Shown here in pieces: positions 37,608 to 46,383 of a DNA stretch of 64,000 nt. Every line of letters begins with the position of its first letter. The first letter of the stretch is position 1. The notes beneath the pieces were generated by a model. It had not been told where the DNA came from. It made no database searches and worked only from the letters and a program-made list of their open reading frames with translations. Both the position numbers and the translations under genes were made by a program. The stretch lies in the IMG/VR virus record IMGVR_UViG_3300012348_000111, positions 1-64,000 of that record; one strand, given 5' to 3'. The DNA is from a virus.

Positions 37608-40600
37608 TTAATTATCAAGGTCATCTTCGTTCAACTTTTCTATTTTTTTATCACTGATATTTCCCATTATACTTACTTTAGGTACAAATGGCAAATCTTG
37701 ACCATCCCATTTGTTACCAGATTTAGAAATATCTCTTCTCTTTTTTGTATAATTAGAAATTAAATTATTGATTTTTTCATTTGTTTCTTTATTGTCTTTA
37801 CCTAATGCTCTATTTATTCTTTGTTTTTCTCTTAATACTTTTATTTGTTTTTTAAATTGTCTTTCAAGAGAAGGTAAAGGTAATCTAGAAGGCATTTTTT
37901 CAATTTCATAATCTTTTTTGAATCTAGTTTGAAGATTATTACTATATGTTTTAGGCATATAATCATTGATTCTTCTGTTATTAAATTCCATTGCATCAGG
38001 ACTAATATCTACACCTCTTAAACCAAGATATTCAATTGCACCTACAGCCAATGCTGGTAAACCAGCAAGAAAAGGATGTGTTTTATCCCAATCTATTTTA
38101 GATTGATTCCAACGATAATAAGGATCCATATTAGTAAAATCATCAAGGTCCTTAAAGTATCTTCCTAAAATACCCACTGGTCCTGATAAAGCACCAAACA
38201 GTTTATCAGCGATACTAATACCGTTACTTTGTTCAATATAGTAAGTGTAAACAGCTTCGTTCATACCCCAAAGAGTAAACGCACCTTCTACTTCGTTTAC
38301 TATACGTTTCATAAAGTAACAAGCATAGTCTGCCCAATCAGCTTCTCCATCTTCTTCACAATTTGTTGCTTTCTGAAGAGCTATTAAAGTATTTACCATA
38401 GCATACCATACAGCAGCATTTAATGTTCCTTTAACTACTCCACCTTTAACTGCTTGAGATGACGTTCTATAAGCAGCAAATACATTTCCATTATAACGAT
38501 AAGAATCTCTTATCAATTGGGTAAATGCAGACCAAGAGCCTTCTGTTTCAAAACCAGCACCATAGTGAATAGTCGATCTACCGTAAATAGATTTTATATC
38601 ACCTAACACCCATTTCTTTAAAAATAGAACTAATTTTCCTAATGTATATCTGTTTGCTTCTGGTTGTGACATAGAATCGTATACACCTTGAGATCTTCTT
38701 ACAGCAACATAAATTTTATTTCTTACAAATTGAACTAGGTTGTCAAAGTTTTCTCCAAGTTCTACATCAGGTCTAGGCTGTAAAATACCATCTTTAATTT
38801 CAAACGCATCTTTTAAAGTAATAGTTTGATCTGAATCTTTTAATTTAACTCTGTATTGATTTAGATAAGCAAATCCAACCTGAGCTGCTATTTCAAATTC
38901 AGTATATTCTCGTATAGTATTTACAATCGATAAAACATCTCCATACTTTCTAAGACCAGTGTTGCCTGCTTTTTCACCTTGAAAGAAACTTTCTTTTTGT
39001 TCTACTCCAAAATAATCTAAAAGTTGTAAAGACTTAGGTTTGTTTCCTAATTGCCCATGATACAAAAAGAAATCTTTAGAAGCCATAGTAGCGTCTATAG
39101 TTCCTTTACGTAAACTACTAAGAGTTATACCATGACTTACGACATTTATAAGATTTTGTTTTAAACCTGTTACTAAGTTCTGAGGAATAGATAATAAGTT
39201 ATACCCTAATGATTTTCTACCCGCACTTGCTGTAGCCATTCTACTTATAGCATTAAAAGATTTAGATAATTTATCAGTACCTTTTAAAGACTGCCCGTAG
39301 AATAGTTTTTCAATCATTTTATCTATTTGGGTTTTATCTGATTCTGCAGTTGTTTTTTGACTAGCACTTAATACAACAGCTTGCATTTTTCTTAATGCTC
39401 TAAATTGATGCGATGCTCCTCCATAGTTAGCAATAGCTCCCAAGATATCATCTGATTGTTTAGATACGTCTAAAGGTTTTGCAAAACGCATAAAGATTTT
39501 TCTACTTTTAGAAAGATTATCAGTACCATAATCTAATTGAGAAAAATCAGATTCTTGTTCACCATAGCTTTCTTCTATATCAACATCTTGATCGCTTCTT
39601 GCTTGCCACCAATTTTTAACATTAGCCCGCCAAGAGCTAAAAGGATTACGTCTAAAACTAACAGCATCTATAAATCTATCTCTTCCAGATTTAAGTTGAC
39701 CTGGAATAACATCTCCTAATCTATCTTTAGCATAAAGACCCTTTTGGTTTTCCAAATGAAGACTTCTTAAATCATTTACAATAGACTTTTGATTATCTGT
39801 TAATTTAGAATAATCTTTATTAAGGTAAGGTCCACTTGTAACTTCTTTAAATTGTACTTGACCTTGTTTATAATTAGGATTTCTAAACTTAGGATTAACA
39901 ACAGCTCTATACCAATTGAATCCTGGTTGATTCTTTTCTACAAAATCAGGATTATTAGGTCTTGTTACACGCCAAACAAATAGTGGCTCATATACTTGTA
40001 CCATTGTTTGTGTATCGCTATCCCAACGATTCTTTAATATGTGATTATCTTTATACCATTGAGAATTAACATATTGTTGGTGAACTTGTCTATTAAGTTC
40101 TTCTTCTGTTATACTTGGATTCTTAGATACTATTTCAGATCTTAATTCATTTTGAATAGTTTCTTTGGTTTCTGTATAGTAAGAAGATACTGCAGTAGAT
40201 TGCAATTCGTCTAATTGTTTAAATAAAGGAAGAAGCTTGGTTTTTATATCAGCATCTAAAGGACTTCCCTCTTTCATCAATTGTTTGATACTTTCAATAC
40301 GTTGTTCTATTTCTTTAGACTTTGCAATAAGTTCTTTAGAATAATTAGAAGGTATATAGACACCACTTGTGTCTTTCTGACCTTTAAGTATGTTAAAGAG
40401 TTCTTCGTATTCTTTGGAGATATCCCCCCTACCTTTTAAATAGTATGAAATACCATCTAAGATTCTTTGTCTCTGATCGTAAAACTCTTGTTTATATGTA
40501 ATCCTTACGTTAATAGAACTCCAAGCATCAAAAACTTCTTGAGCTACTCTTCTTTCTTCATCTGTAGTAGCTTTACTTAAATTGTTTTGATAGGCTTCAA

Positions 40601-43496
40601 ATTGTTTTTTATATTCAATTTCAAAAGCTTGTCTTGAAGCGTCTGTTAATTCATAAGAAACTAACTCTTTTGCTTTTTTATCTTTCTTCCACTCAATAAT
40701 AGCTTCTGCATCTTGTAATGCTTTACCTGTTTTCTTATTACCTTTAGAATCATAAAGTCTCTCCATATCATCAAGTTCATATTGAAGAGTTTTAATTGAT
40801 TCTATAATAATAACATCATTTAAAGAATTACCATCAAAGTTACCTATACCTATTTGTTCTCTAAGAGAGTTTATTTTAGTATAGATTTCATTTCTACGTA
40901 TAGCGATATCTTCTGGGAGAGATTCTGATATTTGATAATACTCATCTGTAAACGGTCTTTCAGTATAATTTTTATAGAAATCGTTTATTTTCTTAGTAAG
41001 TTCTAGTTTTTCACTTTGTTCTGTAGCTTGAGATAATGCAAACTTAAGTTTAGTTATTTCGTTTTGAAGAGCAACTGTGTCTGTTTGAGTGTTTAAAGCT
41101 AAAACTTTTATTTTCCTAAGTTCATTTTCTTCTACGTAAAAATAATCTACTTCTCTAGTAACAAAGGAGTACATCTTATGCCTGTCTATAACAGCTCCAA
41201 ATGTTTCTCCGTTTTCTTTATTAATTCTTTCTTGAATTTTTTGAAGACGATTATTCATATTTTGTAGTTCAGGAATAACACCTTGCATTCCTTTTAGAAT
41301 ATAATCGGCTACAATTCTTACTGTAGGAGTATCTGTTAAGAAAGCACTATCAAAAGATTGTTTAAACCAATTGTTCTTGCTTTTTGGATCTAGAAGTAAA
41401 TTTTTTATGTCTTCAGGACCTTTAGGTAATTCGTTTAACCTTTTATTAATTTCTTTTATTTTTTGAGTTTTTGCTTGAGCAGGTATATTTTCTTTTTCAA
41501 TTTGTTTAATTTGATTTTTTAATTCAAAAGTCAACTCATCTATACCATTTTTAATACCAGCATAAAGTTCTTCACTTAAAGGTATTAGAGTACCTCTATT
41601 TGATTCTTCTTTAATAATATTAATCGTATCTTGAATTACTTTAATATTATAGAATACTAAATTGTTGTTTCGTTTCTGTCTGTCTTCAGTGGTAATTGCA
41701 TCTATAGTTTCCCTTACTCTTTCAGGAAACATATTTTTTAAGGCATTTATTTGTTTTTCAAAAGCTTCAGCTTGTTGATTTGCAAAATAAAGTGCTGATA
41801 ATTTAATTTGAGAAGGTAGTTCATCGTTTTCTTTATTTTCTCTTATCCTATGAACGACATTTCTTAAATGAAGATTCGATGTTGTTAGATAGTTAGCAAG
41901 CTCGTAGTAAGCTTCTGCTACGTCTTCTTTAGTTACAAGATTTTTAATTTTCTCTAAAGACTTTGCAGATTCATCTAGAAGTTTACTTTCTCCTTTTAAT
42001 CTTAATTTTTTAGTAGAGAAACGAATAGCATTTAAATCTTTGTCTGTTATTTTATCAGCTAATGTTTTTACTTTTTCTCCAAAAGACTGTTGTTCGTTAG
42101 TAGGTAAAAGTTCTATAGCTTCTTTAAACATTCTTCCTTTATCTTCAGAAGTAAAACGAGAAAACATATATTCAGCAAACTCTGGACTATATTGTTTTTC
42201 TATTAAATCTACTTCTTCTTTACTTAAAAGACTGTCTACTAAGTTACCAATGTTTGTTTTTTCACTTACTTCAAATGAAAAAAGATTTTTAAAATAGTCG
42301 TATATTTTTTGCCAGATAGTTTTAGAATCTCTATTTCTATACTCTACATCAGCTTGTTTTCCTAATTCTGTTGTTATTACCTCTTCCCAGAATGAATCAC
42401 TCAATCCATATTCAGGATATAAGGCCTTTACAATAGCATAGGACGAACTTATTGGATTGTCCTTATGTAAGTCTTCAATTTCTTTTTTAAGTTCGTTAAA
42501 TAGCTCAGGATTGTTTTGTCTAATACTTCTTACTAAGATGTGACCAAATTCATGCCAAGGTGTTTCACTTGTTATAAGGTTCGGATTAAACATTATTTCT
42601 CCAGTAGTTAGATTGATTTTAGCTACTTGATCTAAATAAGGATTATAAGACCAAGTTGTTCCTTTAAATTTAGTGCTTAGGAAATTTATTACTTTACTAA
42701 ACTTTTCAAATTGAGGATTATTTACAGCAAGTCCTGTATGGAATCTAGAATCAAACCATTGACCATCGAAAGGTAATACTTCACCATCAACAACAATAGT
42801 ATTAGATTCTTTCATTAAATTTAAGAAGTCAGCATCTTGATTAGCTAATGCTTCAAGAGCCTGCATTGCTTCTATTTCTGCATATAATGATTCTTCTTGA
42901 ACTTCATCTATAACTTCAATTAGTTTTTCATAATATCTATTGTTAACTGTAAGAACAAGTTCGTAACCACCATCTTCCAAACTTTCTAGTTTTGCTACTA
43001 CTGGTTCGTGAGTAAACCCATAGGTTTTATTTAGATTTGTTGCAATAGCATATGCATACCCTCTAAAGTTTTTATATGATTTATTTTTAGTGTCACCTCT
43101 AAATGTTTTATCAGTAGGTTTTATAAATACTCTATATCCATCTATTGTAACTGATTCTCTAGATTCTAATGGTCTTATTTCCCTATCAAAAATTAATCTT
43201 TGAATATATTTAGATTTTTGTGCAAGACTAAGCTCATTGTACTCTATATTGTTTGATAATTCTAAAATTAAATCTTTTACTTTTTCTTGCTGTAAATATT
43301 TAGAAATGATTTGTTCTTCTACTTGTTTAGAGTACATAGTAGAACGCATTTGTTGAGAAACAAAGTTCTTAAATCCTTCTATATCTTGTTTATTACCTAA
43401 AAAATTACCAGCAAACTCAAAAAAATGAGATTTAAAGTATTCATTAAACTCTGATTGAGAGTATTTTTTATTATTATATGTTATTATGCAAGCCAT
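37608..43496 (-). CDS. giant virion cargo/ejection protein (1962 aa) with zincin HExxH motif
   Basis: TPWHEFGH..EEVIT (42554-42540); helical body; hydrophobic C-region; MACIITY N-terminal module. Confidence 0.7.
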   Translation of the reverse strand: MACIITYNNKKYSQSEFNEYFKSHFFEFAGNFLGNKQDIEGFKNFVSQQMRSTMYSKQVEEQIISKYLQQEKVKDLILELSNNIEYNELSLAQKSKYIQRLIFDREIRPLESRESVTIDGYRVFIKPTDKTFRGDTKNKSYKNFRGYAYAIATNLNKTYGFTHEPVVAKLESLEDGGYELVLTVNNRYYEKLIEVIDEVQEESLYAEIEAMQALEALANQDADFLNLMKESNTIVVDGEVLPFDGQWFDSRFHTGLAVNNPQFEKFSKVINFLSTKFKGTTWSYNPYLDQVAKINLTTGEIMFNPNLITSETPWHEFGHILVRSIRQNNPELFNELKKEIEDLHKDNPISSSYAIVKALYPEYGLSDSFWEEVITTELGKQADVEYRNRDSKTIWQKIYDYFKNLFSFEVSEKTNIGNLVDSLLSKEEVDLIEKQYSPEFAEYMFSRFTSEDKGRMFKEAIELLPTNEQQSFGEKVKTLADKITDKDLNAIRFSTKKLRLKGESKLLDESAKSLEKIKNLVTKEDVAEAYYELANYLTTSNLHLRNVVHRIRENKENDELPSQIKLSALYFANQQAEAFEKQINALKNMFPERVRETIDAITTEDRQKRNNNLVFYNIKVIQDTINIIKEESNRGTLIPLSEELYAGIKNGIDELTFELKNQIKQIEKENIPAQAKTQKIKEINKRLNELPKGPEDIKNLLLDPKSKNNWFKQSFDSAFLTDTPTVRIVADYILKGMQGVIPELQNMNNRLQKIQERINKENGETFGAVIDRHKMYSFVTREVDYFYVEENELRKIKVLALNTQTDTVALQNEITKLKFALSQATEQSEKLELTKKINDFYKNYTERPFTDEYYQISESLPEDIAIRRNEIYTKINSLREQIGIGNFDGNSLNDVIIIESIKTLQYELDDMERLYDSKGNKKTGKALQDAEAIIEWKKDKKAKELVSYELTDASRQAFEIEYKKQFEAYQNNLSKATTDEERRVAQEVFDAWSSINVRITYKQEFYDQRQRILDGISYYLKGRGDISKEYEELFNILKGQKDTSGVYIPSNYSKELIAKSKEIEQRIESIKQLMKEGSPLDADIKTKLLPLFKQLDELQSTAVSSYYTETKETIQNELRSEIVSKNPSITEEELNRQVHQQYVNSQWYKDNHILKNRWDSDTQTMVQVYEPLFVWRVTRPNNPDFVEKNQPGFNWYRAVVNPKFRNPNYKQGQVQFKEVTSGPYLNKDYSKLTDNQKSIVNDLRSLHLENQKGLYAKDRLGDVIPGQLKSGRDRFIDAVSFRRNPFSSWRANVKNWWQARSDQDVDIEESYGEQESDFSQLDYGTDNLSKSRKIFMRFAKPLDVSKQSDDILGAIANYGGASHQFRALRKMQAVVLSASQKTTAESDKTQIDKMIEKLFYGQSLKGTDKLSKSFNAISRMATASAGRKSLGYNLLSIPQNLVTGLKQNLINVVSHGITLSSLRKGTIDATMASKDFFLYHGQLGNKPKSLQLLDYFGVEQKESFFQGEKAGNTGLRKYGDVLSIVNTIREYTEFEIAAQVGFAYLNQYRVKLKDSDQTITLKDAFEIKDGILQPRPDVELGENFDNLVQFVRNKIYVAVRRSQGVYDSMSQPEANRYTLGKLVLFLKKWVLGDIKSIYGRSTIHYGAGFETEGSWSAFTQLIRDSYRYNGNVFAAYRTSSQAVKGGVVKGTLNAAVWYAMVNTLIALQKATNCEEDGEADWADYACYFMKRIVNEVEGAFTLWGMNEAVYTYYIEQSNGISIADKLFGALSGPVGILGRYFKDLDDFTNMDPYYRWNQSKIDWDKTHPFLAGLPALAVGAIEYLGLRGVDISPDAMEFNNRRINDYMPKTYSNNLQTRFKKDYEIEKMPSRLPLPSLERQFKKQIKVLREKQRINRALGKDNKETNEKINNLISNYTKKRRDISKSGNKWDGQDLPFVPKVSIMGNISDKKIEKLNEDDLDN

Positions 43497-44128
43497 ATTT
43501 GATTATTTTTTATTTTATAAATTGTTGTAGTTGAAACATTAAACTTATTGGCTAACTCTTTTACTGGTTTATTAGAACTTCTAATAAAAGAAACTTTATT
43601 CCAATTCAATTTAGCAGAATTATTATTTTCTCCTTTTTTAGATTCTGATAAATCTTTGGCTCTCTTTTGAGCAGCTAATTTAAGGTTTAATTTATGTTCT
43701 TCTGAAAATATTTTTCTCTTACCAGATTCAGACATTTTATTTTTAGTTTCTTCTGAAACTGTAAATCCATAACCTCTTACAGCTTTACCTTTTCTTTTTT
43801 CTGACATCTTTTGTTTAGTTTCATCTGATGCTTTTAAACCATAATTACTTTCTGCAATTAATCTAATATTAAACTTATTACTATACTGGTCTAAAAACCA
43901 CTGTTCTAATTTGATACAATATTCAGAAGGACAAGTAGCTAACACTTTAAAATCTATATTCTCAATTCCATATTTGTTTACAAAGTTTTGTAAGAGTTTG
44001 TTTACATGAAAATTAGACCTTAATTTATCAAAATGTGTTTTCTTTCTTAAAGAAAGATTAGTTGCAGAGCCTATATAAACTCTATCATCTATTTTAGAAA
44101 ATATTCCGTAAACTCCTGAATTTAACAT
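43484..44128 (-). CDS. GIY-YIG homing endonuclease with NUMOD3 and HTH
   Basis: SGVYGI..VYIGSA..R..H; ETKQKMS repeats; C-terminal HTH. Confidence 0.9.
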   Translation of the reverse strand: MLNSGVYGIFSKIDDRVYIGSATNLSLRKKTHFDKLRSNFHVNKLLQNFVNKYGIENIDFKVLATCPSEYCIKLEQWFLDQYSNKFNIRLIAESNYGLKASDETKQKMSEKRKGKAVRGYGFTVSEETKNKMSESGKRKIFSEEHKLNLKLAAQKRAKDLSESKKGENNNSAKLNWNKVSFIRSSNKPVKELANKFNVSTTTIYKIKNNQIWLA

Positions 44129-44913
44129 ACTCTATCGATTTTACCAGTTTCTATTAATCTGTTTTCTATTTGCATAGAAGACTTACTTATAATAAATTGT
44201 CTAAATTGCTCATAAGTTCCATATTTAGCAAATTCACTATTTTGAAAAGCCATATAATCTTTGAAACCTTGAATATCAGCTTTAGATGAAAGTATGTAGA
44301 TTTGTTCTGGTTCAAATACTATATATTGATGAGCAAAATCTATATCCCCTACTATTCCATTATCAGCAAGTTTATCTATAGTTCTCAGTACCGCATCTCC
44401 TTGTCTATCCTGAGCCTGGGGATTATCAACTAGTTTTAAATTTTTAGCATTTAAAATCGCAGAAAAAACCTTTGCTGTTTTAACTGCATTGTATTCTTCT
44501 AAAGATTCAAACTGACTAAAGTCTATAGAACCTTCTGCATAAAAATCTGCAGTTTTTTTACTATCAGTAAAGTAAATTCCTTGGGTAGATTGTTTTGTAT
44601 TTTTACCAGCTTGGTTAATATCAAAACTATCAAAGCGACCATCAGGTGTTCCATGATAAACTATTTCTTTTACTTGGCTGGTTTTAAAAATAGTAGAAAG
44701 ATATTGCATGTATTGAGCTTTAGTACCAATAGCTGCAAGGTCTGGTGACTCTTTAAATACACTATCAATAGCTTCCATTTTCCTTTTAAATGAATCTATA
44801 ACATCTTTATTTTTACTAATAGATGTAGCAAATTCATTTTTATTATTAATAAAGTATTCTTTAAATTTTTCTTCAGAATACTGTTTCCCTTTATATGTTA
44901 TTATACAACTCAT
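44122..44913 (-). CDS. ADP-ribosyltransferase-fold (ART-PolyVal-like) protein
   Basis: VYHGT, FDSFD, GIYFT, QYIVFEPEQI. Confidence 0.75.
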   Translation of the reverse strand: MSCIITYKGKQYSEEKFKEYFINNKNEFATSISKNKDVIDSFKRKMEAIDSVFKESPDLAAIGTKAQYMQYLSTIFKTSQVKEIVYHGTPDGRFDSFDINQAGKNTKQSTQGIYFTDSKKTADFYAEGSIDFSQFESLEEYNAVKTAKVFSAILNAKNLKLVDNPQAQDRQGDAVLRTIDKLADNGIVGDIDFAHQYIVFEPEQIYILSSKADIQGFKDYMAFQNSEFAKYGTYEQFRQFIISKSSMQIENRLIETGKIDRVC

Positions 44914-45575
44914 GCTTTTTTCCAGATTTTATTATTTTTAATTTGGTTTATGGTAGCTCTTGAACAACTAAATAATTCTGCTATTTCTTTATCTGTTTTA
45001 CTACCCACTAAAGATTTAATTTTTTTAACTTGTTCTATTGTAAGTTTAGAATATTTACCACCATTGGCTTTGGCTTCTTTCATTTTTTGTTTAGTTTCTT
45101 CACTTATTATTCTACCAGTTAATGCTTTACTCATTTTATCAAGAGTTTCTTGTGAATGAGTGTAATTACTTCTATCTACTTTCTGTCCAGTTTTAGCTTT
45201 GCTAATATTTAACTTAGCTTTTTCTGACATTTTATAACCTCTTTTTCTGTTTGCAGGAGGTCTTCCTACTGTTTGAGCTAAGTTTAATTCAGGTTTTAGT
45301 TTATCTACAAACCATTGTTCAGCTTTTAATAAATACTCTTGTGGGCATTTAATTAGTATTTCAAATTTAAGATTTTCTATTCCTAATTTTAAACAAAGTC
45401 TTTGAAAGTATCTATTAAAATGTTTTTGTTTTAGTATAGCTCTGTTGTGAGCTTGTAATCTTTCTTGTAAATTATTAGTAGAACCAATATAAAATCTGCT
45501 ATCATTATCAAAGTAAAGTTTATAAATAGCACAAACTCCTGTATATTGCCCTCTTTGTAAATCTTTTACGAACAT
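44910..45575 (-). CDS. GIY-YIG homing endonuclease with NUMOD3 and HTH
   Basis: AIYKL..FYIGST..R..H; HSQETLDKMS and SEETKQKM. Confidence 0.9.
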   Translation of the reverse strand: MFVKDLQRGQYTGVCAIYKLYFDNDSRFYIGSTNNLQERLQAHNRAILKQKHFNRYFQRLCLKLGIENLKFEILIKCPQEYLLKAEQWFVDKLKPELNLAQTVGRPPANRKRGYKMSEKAKLNISKAKTGQKVDRSNYTHSQETLDKMSKALTGRIISEETKQKMKEAKANGGKYSKLTIEQVKKIKSLVGSKTDKEIAELFSCSRATINQIKNNKIWKKA

Positions 45576-46339
45576 TGTTTATCAATTATTTTTTGAGATT
45601 TTAAATCATTTAACATACTATTATACAAATTGTCATCTATTTCTTCAACTTTACTATCAGGAAAGATAGTATCTAAATATGCAGAGTATTGTTGTATAGC
45701 TTGTTGTTTCTGTTGGGGGCTTATTTGTTGAATTTCATCAGAAGTTTTAATTCTAAAAGCTCTTTCTTCTGTACTATATCTACCATCTTTTTCAACTCCA
45801 TAATCTCCAATTTTTTCAGCAAATCCTTTTTTAGTTAATGCCAATAAAGTATTTATTTCAGCTTTTGAGTTATCAAAATCAGAATACAGTGTATCTCCAA
45901 ATTCATTTTTAGCCCAATCTGCAACAAGAGTATGAACTATTTGCCCATAACCTTGATTTTGGAACTCTTCATTTAATTTAATAGATAAACCTACTTCTTT
46001 ACTTCTTCTATCATTTTTTACAAGTTTTACTTCACCTATATTTTTTCCATTAAGTTTTATCCATTTCCAACCATCTCTTTCTTTAGTATCTAAAGATATA
46101 CCTTTAGTATTAAAACTTTTAAATCCTGAAGCTTCATACACAGCATTAGCTAACTCAGGATTAGATTCAAATAGTTCTACAATACCTTCTTTAATAACTG
46201 CGTTAGATAAATTATAATACTTAGCGGGAACTTCTCCTTCGTATTTATCCCATAGATAATATGCTAGATCAGGATGAACTTGTTCTAGTTTAGTAAATTG
46301 TTCTTTTATTTTAGGATCAGATAGATTTGGACAAAACAT
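45566..46339 (-). CDS. GNAT acetyltransferase-domain protein
   Basis: IKLNEEFQNQGYGQ (acetyl-CoA motif A), L.SD..S..L.KKG; promoter TATATTTG at 46367-46360. Confidence 0.7.
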   Translation of the reverse strand: MFCPNLSDPKIKEQFTKLEQVHPDLAYYLWDKYEGEVPAKYYNLSNAVIKEGIVELFESNPELANAVYEASGFKSFNTKGISLDTKERDGWKWIKLNGKNIGEVKLVKNDRRSKEVGLSIKLNEEFQNQGYGQIVHTLVADWAKNEFGDTLYSDFDNSKAEINTLLALTKKGFAEKIGDYGVEKDGRYSTEERAFRIKTSDEIQQISPQQKQQAIQQYSAYLDTIFPDSKVEEIDDNLYNSMLNDLKSQKIIDKQCS

Positions 46340-46383
46340 TTTTATTTAAATTAATATTACAAATATAGTTACGAAGTAAACTT

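Noticed and set aside
43484-45575. GIY-YIG genes as intron- or intein-encoded
   Set aside because: They overlap both neighbours, leaving no room for a ribozyme core, and no Hint motifs were seen.
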